The position numbers and the translations under genes were made by a program. Below the pieces are notes generated by a model. That model was not told where the DNA came from and did not search any database. It saw nothing but the letters and a program-made list of their open reading frames with translations. Positions 54,332-64,000 of a stretch of DNA of 64,000 nucleotides are shown one piece after another. Positions within the stretch are counted from its first letter, which is position 1, and each line of letters opens with the position of its first letter. This DNA is from Spizellomyces punctatus DAOM BR117 (taxonomy: Eukaryota): the NCBI GenBank assembly GCA_000182565.2, contig KQ257451.1; one strand, 5' to 3'.

Positions 54332-54993
54332 TCTTGATGATGCGCGTTTTAATGAGTTGCTCCGATGTCTGAGGAAATCCGGAAGTGACATTCCCTTTTA
54401 ATACGCCTCGAGGCAGCGATGGGCCTGTTTAAGCTTGCATCTATTGATTTGTGGAGGGCAACCAACGTGCAAAGGTCTTTCTCACGTTTCGATAGCCTTG
54501 TCGTTGCACCTTTGCCATCCATAGGCGAAGAGACGCCGGGTGAACGCACATATCTGTCCAAAATGAGATTATGACGAGCACTAACAGCCAGTGTTGGAGG
54601 GTGCGGTTGTCGACAAGTTGAGCGAAACTTACATCCTGCCTGCTTCCTTGGCACTTCAGTAAGAGTGTCGTCGTCCGAATTAGTGATAGCAACGGTTCGC
54701 TCGGTTCCGCTCGCAACGCCAACATGTGGAGCCAAGCCGGAGCCGGAACCGCATGCATTGGCTCCAAGCCCACGGCGCGCGGCTAAGCCGTCATCACTAG
54801 TCCGAATCGGGGCAAAGCGGTAAATTAACAACCTACAGAGCTTAATGCGGACTCTGTCAAAAACGTGCATCATCATAAAACTTTGAGCTTGTGAGCCAAT
54901 AAAGGCCCAAAGGCCCAAAGGCTTTCCGTCTGAAATTCCGCGAACGGGCCATTCACTCCTGTCCTTAGACCTTCTCTGGGTACCTTGAAAGTC

Positions 54994-55667
54994 ATGTTGG
55001 GTAAGAGAGTAGTTGGTTGTCGATTAGGGAATCCTTTCCGACGAATCCTTGAACAGTACCATTATTTATCCTCATAATCGCGACCCTTCTGGAGACCGGA
55101 GTTTGCGCCTTTTCCCTAGACGCCTGTGCCCAATCTACGGAAAACCGCTGCATCAGCCTCTCTCCGGCGAACAGCACCATTGTCCAATCCAGCTATCTTC
55201 TCCTGCACCTCACCGGCCTGTCCTCGACGTCATTCTCCGAACCACTGAACTGGGATGGCAAATTTAGCGTCTCCATCACCACCTGGGATCCCACCGTGCC
55301 CCATAAAGGAAACTTTACCATAAAACGTTCCGTGAACGGACGCCAACCAATCGAAGCCTACAACCAAACCCATCGTGTCTCGCCCACTGATGCATTTCCA
55401 ATATATGCGTTTAAAACTAGCGGTGACGGTTGGTTTCCTGAACAAATTGGAACACCCGTTAGCTTCACCTGGAAGTTTGAAGCCAAGTTTGGGGCTTGGG
55501 AACGCAACGAGGCTCTTACGCTTTTGCCGAAAAACGACACTGCGGGAGTCATTGCGAAACCCGATGTCCCGGCATACTCGACCAGCGGCGTTGGGAGGGA
55601 GGTAGCGGTTGGATCAATGGCGTTGATTGTTGTGATGATCAGTTGTTTTAGTGTGCTGGTTCTGTAG
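54994..55667 (+). CDS. Secreted/cell-surface protein with a probable GPI-anchor or C-terminal TM signal (7-nt first coding exon)
   Basis: ATGTTGG|GTAAGA...ACAG splices to give MLVPLFILIIATLLETGVCAFSLDAC..., open through to the hydrophobic tail STSGVGREVAVGSMALIVVMISCFSVLVL*. Several N-x-S/T sequons. The ORF track shows only the 3' part. Confidence 0.7.
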
Positions 55668-56232
55668 CTCTGAATCTAGTTTCGCTTATACGTATCTCAT
55701 AGTCTCGTAGTTTGAACTTTTATGATAGTTCGGTCTCAACGACGTTGGTCAAGATCGTCAATATCAACGAGAAATGTACGGCTGAGAATGAAAAGCAGGT
55801 CCATCATCACAAGGCCGGGAAAATGATGAATATCCCTATCTTTGAGGAAAACGAGCAATACGCACTGCGTGCTGACGCAGAATTTTCAGTGAAAGTGAAA
55901 GCGAACGAAGTGGAGGATTATGCTTGCTGAAAGCCCAGGCAAACCTCTAAAACGCTCGAAGCATGCAAACTTGGAATTTTTCAAATAAATAAATTACCGT
56001 AGAACAACAACTCTTGAAAAAATCAACAATATATTTTTGAAAACATGTATATACACAGCTTCAATGTGATCCCCCAATTCCGACGTCCGCGACCAATAAA
56101 TACTGTAAAGTAGATTCGCTAAGCGCAAATGCAAACAAGACATCAACCATACTTACCATCACATGGCCAAACACTTGTAAGACGCGCGGGGAACCTTGAA
56201 CAGAGAAGGAAACGCATTATTCTTTAGAGAAG

Positions 56233-56677
56233 CAAGGACATGGTCGGCAGACCGCAGGTGTCGGGTTCCGTTCGGATGGTACGCCCACCTTCAGTACCAT
56301 TACACAGCGAGGACGGCTGCCCGAAACAGCCAGGGATGGTGCCCCGCAGGACAACACTCGATCGTCGCTACACACCTTCCAGAGCAGCTCAGGCTATACT
56401 GATACGTTGATCACTCGCTTCCACAAGAAACGCTGGCACCCCGGGGTCCGGCAAACCGACCTCCAGTTGGTCCCTTGGTCCATACAGAGTATGGTCCGCG
56501 GCAACCAACCTTCAGAACAGTTCGCTTTCTCCCGAGACCAGACGTCTCCGCTTCCACGAGGCCACAAACGCACCAGTACCTCTTCACCGCCACTCAGGAA
56601 GGTAGCCATGGTCGGAAGAATTGGGTCCCCGTGTCCGCCCTTCCGCCGCCCAGCACGGCCCGCCTTGCATGCCCTTG
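56233..56677 (-). ncRNA. Intronic structured RNA, copy C (full length)
   Basis: Terminal stem CAAGGGCAUG/CAUGUCCUUG; GUGAAGA...CUGA C/D-like pair; stem GUACUGGUGCGUU/AACGUAUCAGUAU; shares a 78-nt block with copy A. Confidence 0.65.
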
Positions 56678-56889
56678 GAGAAAAGCAAATGCATTGACTC
56701 ACAGGAGCATCCACAAAGCACTAATCCAATCCCTCATCCCGACGTCCACGACCAAATGCATGCTGTAAGGGAAGGGGCGCTCAGTGCCTAGCTCGACATG
56801 AATACGAGACAGCAATCAGACTTACTACCAAATGGCCAAACAGTTGCTGACGTCAAGGGGAGGTAACCTGTAATAAAGAAGGAAAACGA

Positions 56890-57138
56890 AGCTCAGGCCC
56901 CACCAAATACGCTGCAACCTTGACCGTTTCCACGAGAACCCCATTTCGGATCGGCCTCCCTGGCGACACCGAAGTGCGGCTGGGCAGGCGGACCATCCAC
57001 GGGGACCCGCTTCCACGAGATCACAACGCACCAGCAGAGTACCCTTAACCACTACTCAGGAAGGCAGCCATAGTCCGTGCGAGGCCGCCAATCGGGGCTT
57101 CCACTTTCCACTGACGTCCGCCTGACACACTCTTGAGC
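56890..57138 (-). ncRNA. Intronic structured RNA, copy B (lacks the 3' domain)
   Basis: UGGCUGCCUUCCUGAG motif; stem UGCGUUGUGAUC/GGUUGCAGCGUA; two CGU-GGAA-RCG hairpins; ends at CUGAGC just before the 3' splice site. Confidence 0.55.
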
Positions 57139-57579
57139 AAAGGCAAATGCATTCACTCACCAGAGCATGGCAAAGCTGCGACATCCTTGGAAAGACTTAC
57201 GAGCAAGAGCAAGGGAGGCACTGCCGTGGAGGCAAGGTAGAGGGAGGTTTGTGTAATGAGATGAGCTGATGATGTCGGTGACGGGCGTGCTCGTATTGCA
57301 AGGAACTCACCAATTAGCAACAATAATCGTAGAATATGAATATATTGAGAAGCAAGCCTAGACAGCGAATTCCCATTCCCTCCGATTTTCAGCAACCAGC
57401 ATCCAATTGTTGACCCACAGCAGTGCTAGAACAACTATGATCGATTTAGTATCCATGTTCAGAATTGTAAGGCAAGAACAACATACAGTACGAAGCATCG
57501 CAACCACGTGCATGGAGCTGGGAGAAAAAAGGAGACATATCTGTAATAAAGAAGGAAACCGGATTATTCGGTAGAGAAG

Positions 57580-57956
57580 CAAGCACATGGTCGGCGAAAC
57601 CCCCCAGCTCGGGCTTCGCACCTGCTCTTAACCGCTTATCGACAGATATGACACAGCGAGGAAGGCTGCCCGAAACAGCCAGGGATGGTGCCCCGCAGGA
57701 CAACACCCGATCGTCGCTACACACCTTCAAGAACGGCTCAGATGGTGCCGATAACGCTGCAACCATGTCCGCTTCCAGCAGGTTGACTTCCCCAATGCCA
57801 TTATGTCACTAACCGTCCCGCCAGCTGGTTCATGATACTGGGAAAGCCGTCCCCCCTTTCACGAAGGATCACAACGCACCAACACTTCTTCATCGTCCCT
57901 CAGGAAGGTAGCCAGTCTGAATGAACCAGGCATCTTGCGTGCATGCCGAAAGCTTG
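57580..57956 (-). ncRNA. Intronic structured RNA, copy A (full length)
   Basis: UGGCUACCUUCCUGAG motif; AUGAAGA...CUGA pair; stem GUGUUGGUGCGUUGUGAUC/GGUUGCAGCGUUAUCGGCAC; 3' domain 76/78 identical to copy C. Confidence 0.65.
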
Positions 57957-58159
57957 ATGTTCGCATGAGTGAAGGAGTAAAGTGTCTGGGTACTGTCGTG
58001 TAAATATTTGGGATGCACAATACATACATGAGTTGCAACATCTGTGAAATTATTTGCCAAAGGCAATTGCTAGGAACGTTTCATGCACATGCAACCAGCC
58101 AGCATGGTCTGACTTCGTATGGACATTTAGTTTGTCGCGAGTTGCTTGGGTCGAACTTG

Positions 58160-58235
58160 AATCACTGCGGGTTAAGGCTGGTGCGTTATAAAGTATTCCG
58201 AAGTAACAATCATTCTAGTTGCAAGGCCAATTGTT
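58160..58235 (+). repeat. Copy 2 of the ~80 bp direct repeat, in the divergent gap between the ncRNA host and the methyltransferase
   Basis: Aligns with 52886-52966; contains TATAAAG. Confidence 0.85.
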
Positions 58236-58353
58236 TTAAGTAACGTTTGGCAAAATCAGTAGTTCTCTGGTTGCTCGCAAGCAACATGACTAATCAGATC
58301 CCAGCAACGATCATTTCTTGTAGCCAAAAAATGGGCCTTGTCAAAGAATCTTC

Positions 58354-59424
58354 ATGTCGGCGTTGGCCAAGGCCCGCCGAGCGCTTGCACCGCTACTTTC
58401 TCATCTGTCAACATGGATGACTCCATCGGAGCTCGACTCACTCTTGCACGCATACATCCAGCCGCGCCTTACAACGTTCCGCATCAACACGCTGAAAGTG
58501 CCGACGTGTCTGCTAAACATTGACAGTATTCTGCAGCCGATAGAGTCGGCTCTGCATGCGGTTAAAAAACGACCTCAACCTCGCCTGAATAGGTGTGCTT
58601 GGTACCGGAATGCATATATTGTCTCGAATCCGGCAGTTCAAGTCCGCCATCTCGCGCATGTGAATCCGCACAAAGAGGGCCAGATACATTTCCAGTCCTT
58701 GAGTTCTATGCTCACTCCGCTTTGCCTTGGCGCTCAACCTGGTTGGCGAGTGCTGGATATGTGTGCGGCTCCCGGGGGTAAAACGGCCATGATAGCTGAA
58801 TCTGTTGGTGCAAATGGGCGAATAGTCGCCAACGAGTTGGATCCTGCCAGAGCGAAGCGCTTACAAAAGAATATAGACACATTGCTCCCGCCAGAGTTGC
58901 GAGAATGTGTTCATGTGCGGGTTGGCGATGGTCGTAAACTAACTCTTGCAAGTGCTGCGGACACTGCTAATAGTTCTTCTTGCGATCCTTTTGACGCCAT
59001 CATGGTGGACGCCCCCTGCAGCGGAGAAGGAATAATTCAACTCTCGGAGCCATCTAGTTATCGACATTGGTCCTTTGAATGGGTGAAGAAGCATGCCCGA
59101 CTGCAGCAGCAGCTTCTCAGCAATGCATACTCGCTACTGAAACCTGGCGGCGTATTGATTTATTCTACTTGCACCTTGTCACCCGAGGAGAATGAGGCTG
59201 TTATGGAATGGTTTTTGGATGCACACCAAGATATGGAGGTCACCGATCTTGCGCTACCGTTTCTTTCGGCGTGGTCTGGTCGTGATGCCAATTTTAGACC
59301 AGGCTTAACATCATACAGGGGGACATCATTTCGTAAGGTGTTCCAACGTGCCTTACGAGTATTTCCCAGCGTAGAATATGAAGGGTTTTTCGTATGTCGA
59401 ATGCGACGTTGTCCTCAATATTAA
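58354..59424 (+). CDS. NOL1/NOP2/Sun (RsmF-like) RNA cytosine-C5 methyltransferase, intronless
   Basis: Motifs FRINTLK, FQSLSSM, VLDMCAAPGGKT, FDAIMVDAPCSGEG (motif IV Cys), LKPGGVLIYSTCTLSPEENE (motif VI Cys) and EGFFVCRMRR. Confidence 0.95.
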   Translation: MSALAKARRALAPLLSHLSTWMTPSELDSLLHAYIQPRLTTFRINTLKVPTCLLNIDSILQPIESALHAVKKRPQPRLNRCAWYRNAYIVSNPAVQVRHLAHVNPHKEGQIHFQSLSSMLTPLCLGAQPGWRVLDMCAAPGGKTAMIAESVGANGRIVANELDPARAKRLQKNIDTLLPPELRECVHVRVGDGRKLTLASAADTANSSSCDPFDAIMVDAPCSGEGIIQLSEPSSYRHWSFEWVKKHARLQQQLLSNAYSLLKPGGVLIYSTCTLSPEENEAVMEWFLDAHQDMEVTDLALPFLSAWSGRDANFRPGLTSYRGTSFRKVFQRALRVFPSVEYEGFFVCRMRRCPQY

Positions 59425-60151
59425 ACGCAAAATAATTGCTTTTCTAATTTTTAATTTCTGGAAGAACAGTTGGCTGCCGAAGAAAGGGGATATGTCAGCT
59501 TATGGGGTCTTGGCCCCAACACTGACACTGTATCTCTGCTGAACAAAAAGTACGGGGTCGGTCACAGCAATATGTTCTGCATGATCGATCGCCTCGTACA
59601 AAGTTGGTTTGTAACAAAATGGTTACCCAGTTCATTATTGGTGCCTCACGGCCATCAAGCCACCATTGTAGAGCAGGACCCACTTACTTGCAATAGTACA
59701 TTGCGAACCTTTAATGAAGGCAACACGCAAAGCACAATTTCAAACACCTGCAGGTTGCAAGTTGAAAATGCCCCACAAGCGGAGTACTTACCCAGAGACT
59801 TGTTACAAGACTTGATTGCGCTTCAGCAGCACCTCTCAAGATGCCAGGCACATACGCCTTGGAGCTATGCAATCCGTCGACCAAAAACGCCACTTTGTGA
59901 TCATGTCTTCCAATGTGGACAAAGTTTAAAGTTTCTGAAAATAGCCCATCACCGGAGGTCCTTAATTTAAAGCATCCCTTAACGTGTACCATTCAACTAT
60001 GACAGTCCCCCAAAGCATATCAGACTTTAACTGAAGCTAAAATCAAAACATCCTCATTTACATAACCACATTGTCGGACGAATACGCATAAAACGCCCCC
60101 CGGAAAGACATACAAAGTTGCAAGTCGCCCTTCCAAAAAGCAGTATCACCC

Positions 60152-61573
60152 ATGCGCCGAGAAACAAGTCCACCACCAACGCTCCCTCCACCTGGCCCAG
60201 ACGGCTACTACTACCTTCCTAGCGGGACTATCCCGCTAGGAATGATCCAAGGATGGTATTACCTTCCGTTCCATCTTACGCCCTTACAAATGGGGTTTGA
60301 CGCCGTCCTTCTGGTGTTGAGTATGGTCAACATGGGATTGGGGTTCTTGTTCTGGAAATGCTCGAGGAAGGTCCCGGTGAGTGGTTGGTGTAGCTGTCGC
60401 TTGCGCACAAAATATGCATCTCTTTGCTCAATTATCGTTGTTTATCATTCTTCAATGAAAAATAGTGGACACCGGCTAAATGGCTGATTTTGAACATGGT
60501 CTTTATAGACTGGTTACAGACCATCTTCAATACCTTCTGGCTACAAGCTCCCACCATCTTTATTGGACATCATCTCGCAGGTACATATCATCCACCATCA
60601 ATCATTTCGCTCTTCATTGTCAATCTCACTATCCACTGCAGGCCGCATAATGTGCCAGGTCATGGGCTTCGTAAGCACTGTCTGGGGTGCCGCCAGCCAA
60701 CAAGCCGTCTTCCTGTTCACTCTCGAACGATACATTACCATCGTTCATGGGTTCTCATTCACTTTCAAGCATGTCCGAATGGCCATCATCAATGTATGGT
60801 TTTCGGCCATTATTCTGGGTATTTTTCCGTTTGCGGCGCAGAGACATGCCGCTGTGGCTCCTAGTGGGTTGTATTGTAATCCACCATGTGGGTTTGGTTT
60901 ATTTATCAAGTTTTTTGATGGCGATGGTTGTTAATGTTTGTGATTTCTCGTAGGGAGCAATGGCGGGGATTGGGTCGGGATTTTTATAGGAGTGTGCGGT
61001 GTCGGGTTCATTGGAATGAACATGGTCGGCGTCGTATGGATGTATACAAGAATTTACGCCAAGTTTCAATCTACCAGCAAAGAAGTTGCAGCAGCGATGC
61101 GGGACACATTATCCCACACTAAATCGTACAAGTCCGCCGAAGCCACGGATGATGATGCTTCTTTTCCACGATGTGCATCGTCCCTCCCACCCCCAACCCT
61201 CACATCAACGGCACCGTCTACAAGCGGAATCGTGCATCCCACCCGATCCGTCATGGGCGCTCAGCTAGACCGATCCACCGAAACCCGAGATTTATCCTTC
61301 CGCCTCGCCATGCAATCTTTCATCATTATCATAACATATTTCTTGTCCATGTCCCCCATGTGGATATCGATAGGCATCCATCTATTTACGCAGATGCCGC
61401 CGCCTGCTTGGTGGGATTATGTCGCGATCACATCAGCGCATTTATACGCGGTTATGAACCCGGTGCTTTTCCTGACTTTGAACAAGCACTGGACTGTAGC
61501 GAGGACAGAGGTCCTGATGGAGTGGAGGGGGTGGATCAGAAAGGTGGCTGGGCGTTCGAGGGATGAAGCGTAG
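60152..61573 (+). CDS. Class A (rhodopsin/opsin-like) 7TM GPCR, 4 exons
   Basis: TM3 CQVMGFVSTVWG...TLERYITIV, TM4 Trp (NVWFSA), EL2 PSGLYC, TM6 YFLSMSP and TM7 SAHLYAVMNPVLFLTLN. Confidence 0.85.
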
Positions 61574-62995
61574 ATGTTGGGACTGGAGCGTTGTGGTGTA
61601 CAAAGTAGAATGTTAGTTTCGTGTTTATTTTTATTCCATTTGTTTATTTCTCTTCTTGCCCCCACAAGCTGTCTTCAGTTACCCCGCATTTGACGTCGCA
61701 TCAAGCTTTCTCAAATGACGGATCAAACCCTTCAAGTCTGCTCCCATCTTTTCGAATCTATATATGCCCATTTCTAGCAAGCGGCTATCGTTGCCTATCT
61801 CAAACAATACGAAATCTCAAGTTACTCGAAAACAACGCCTGCAATGATCGACAACGTCTACCGCACAAACGTAATGGTCTACTTTCAAACACGCAAGAGT
61901 TTCTATACAGATAAACTTCAAGCGTCGATACGCAACAAGTCGTGTTCCTCTCACTTATCCTAATGTCCCTCAGTTTGGATGGATAAGCCACCTAAACTTA
62001 CCGAAGGAATCTTTTGTTTAAATGCCAACCAGACACTGGTCATGTAGCGTGTCGGTCATTGCAGTTATTGTCAGTATCGCATGAAATCTCAAGATTGAAA
62101 ATTCTCGAGTTGCGATCAGCGTGCGATCAAGTTCCTCTGAAGCGTTTTGAAAATACTGCAAAGTCAGGTTAGTTTGAACAACATTGTTGGAACCACTTTA
62201 CATGTTGACCGTGCGCCCTCACTTGAAATTATGGGTCATCTGTATTGCCCAGTAGTTTGGTTGAAGATGAGTGTCGGGCGATATGGCCAAATTTTGCCTC
62301 AACACAAAGCCAAACAAGTTTCTTTGCTTGGCACTGTGAACCCTGAGATAAAGTTATGTATTAGTCTATGTGCAGGTACATGGATTTGCAGAGTCCCGAT
62401 AGTGGGCAGGCCTCTCTGGGGTCAAGGCGGACTGAGTGTTATTCTGCAGTTTGACAGTGGAGGATTCAAGCTCATCAAAGAACGCTGGTGGTAAGTCATA
62501 TGGGGATGGTTAGGATCAGTCTACAACAGTGAGCCATTCTCTACATTCAACCATACTCCCAGTCGTCTGGCGCTCAAATGACTGCAGTCAGGTTCCCATG
62601 GTCTACTCCGACCGCAGCAGATATATTGCAATAGATAGATACGTAAACAAAAATAAAAGGGTTGAAATTGGAAAACAGTCCTGGAAAACGTTGAGAAATG
62701 GTATATAAACAAAAGGAAAAGGGGAAGAGGGTAACATACAAACTGCAGGGAAACACTCGTCAAATTCTAACTATACGGGAAGGGAAAGAGGGATGAAAGG
62801 AATGCAAGAACCACTAACAGAACGGGGCCAGCCAAACTAAAGGCATTCCGCCATCAACGTGCAATTTATGAACGTTGACCGTTTGGACATCCTAGCTTAA
62901 ATTCTCACGGAAACCGCATTCGCAAAATACAGCCTTGGACGCCGATACCCACGTGTGTTTGCAACAACAGCGACAACGAGAAACTTGAACAATTT

Positions 62996-64000
62996 TTACT
63001 GTCCAAAGTTGAAGCCGCCTTGTGGCACATTCATCTGGTTCGAGAAGGCAAATGTTCCAGTGCTTTGGTCGACCTCCGGCGCCATACCCGTCTCGTCATC
63101 TTCGTCGCTGAAATACTTGTCAATTATGTTGTACGCTTTCTTGTAGATTTCCGCATTGTCGTGAAGTTGCAACTGGTAAATTTTCTCGACACCAGTAGCT
63201 TCCTCAATATAGACTGCCATCTCGTTGGTGCCGGCATGCTCCATTCTTTCCAGTTCACCGACTTTGAGAATATTTTCCAAACCGTCCAATGCTACTTGAA
63301 TAATCTTGTTGTCTCCGCATGTCAAAAGATCGCAAAGCGGCTTGATGCAACCCTGCTGCACAAGGTACCTGCGAAACAATACACGGTCAGAATACTATTC
63401 AAATCTGTACCACGTGAGAAAAAAAGAGCGTACTTGATCTGTTCCGGTTTCGATAAACCACCGGAAGTAGCGTTCGAAATCGCCCAGCAGGCTTCCTTCT
63501 TTGTCTTGAAGTCACCCCGCTGCAGAATGGCAATCAGAGGAGGGATGATGTTTGCATCGATGATTGACTGTATGGTCGCACAGGTTCAGTATATCAAGGT
63601 AAATTACCGTCACGGCGGCAAGGTGCAATGTACCTGAATTTGGGCAGCATTTCCGGCAGTAATGTTAGAGATTGTCCAGCAAGCTTCTTTCCTAATACCA
63701 TCCTTTGGGCTCGTAAGAAGTCCAAGGAGTGCATGAAGAGCGCCGCAGTTGATAACGACTTGGGTCTGGACATCATCTCCAGTAACGATGTTGCCAACAG
63801 AGCGCAATGCAGGAGTTTGAACGGCGTAGGACGGATGGCTATATCGGGACCCATTAGTTTCCACCTTGTGCAACTCGCAATTCAATGTCCATACCCTAAC
63901 AATTCCACAAGACGCCGGCACACACCGGATTCAATAACGGCCTGGATCTTTTCATTGGCGCCGTCCGAAAGATAGGATATGGCCCAGCAGGCATCCGTGA
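62996..64000 (-). CDS. SRP1: Importin subunit alpha (karyopherin alpha), 3' part; runs off window
   Basis: ARM repeats [59 protein letters not shown] and [14 protein letters not shown]-terminal GGFNFGQ. Confidence 0.97.

Larger units (their letters stand above)
56040..58041 (-). ncRNA. Putative non-coding multi-intron host transcript (snoRNA-host-gene-like)
   Basis: Six canonical minus-strand introns: 58027-57541, 57486-57426, 57160-56868, 56825-56763, 56702-56195 and 56156-56103. The spliced exons give only a ~34-codon ORF. Exon/intron units are duplicated. Outer ends are approximate. Confidence 0.55.

Noticed and set aside
56149-56170. ATACTTACC, resembling the U1 snRNA 5' end
   Set aside because: It does not continue as U1. 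It is better explained as the complement of a minus-strand G|GTAAGTAT splice donor.
57651-57680. GCC-UUCCUCGCU, resembling the HDV-like ribozyme P3/L3
   Set aside because: The required P3 partner and P1/P1.1 pairings cannot be formed in either copy.
56196-57766. Short ORFs across the repeat region as proteins, or the repeats as a CRISPR array
   Set aside because: Frames are not conserved between paralogous copies, substitutions fit RNA pairing, and there is no regular repeat-spacer periodicity.
56233-57956. Assignment of the intronic RNAs to U3, U14, SRP, RNase P/MRP or a TPP riboswitch
   Set aside because: No U3 box A/A', no U14 domain A/B, no SRP helix-8 motif, no correctly ordered CR-I to CR-V elements and no TPP core were found by eye.
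59470-59992. ORFs between the methyltransferase and the GPCR
   Set aside because: Non-ATG starts or short lengths, and no recognisable motifs; likely UTR or intergenic sequence.

Overview
Gene-dense eukaryotic DNA with short GT-AG introns. The gene content points to a flagellated early-diverging fungus, most likely a chytrid (inference): fungal-type housekeeping genes occur together with ciliary genes and a class A opsin-like GPCR. About 20 protein genes are supportable. They include CFAP206, a TUG/Ubx4-like UBX protein, asparagine synthetase, an AZUL-HECT E3 ligase, DGAT2, 3-hydroxybutyryl-CoA dehydrogenase, a ~16 kb giant multi-Ig-fold (ASH/Hydin-like) gene, a RING-CH ligase, an F-box/LRR protein, a GDSL esterase and importin alpha. 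The most unusual region is 52.9-59.4 kb. There an apparently non-coding, multi-intron minus-strand transcript carries three paralogous, highly structured ~250-450 nt RNAs inside its introns. It sits head-to-head with an intronless, bacterial-looking RsmF/NOP2-family m5C methyltransferase. Nearby is a secreted protein with beta-pore-forming-toxin-like features, and an ~80 bp direct repeat brackets the block. Also notable is a divergent persulfide dioxygenase plus YeeE/YedE sulfur-transporter pair. Exon boundaries and RNA pairings were worked out by eye and need computational or experimental confirmation.
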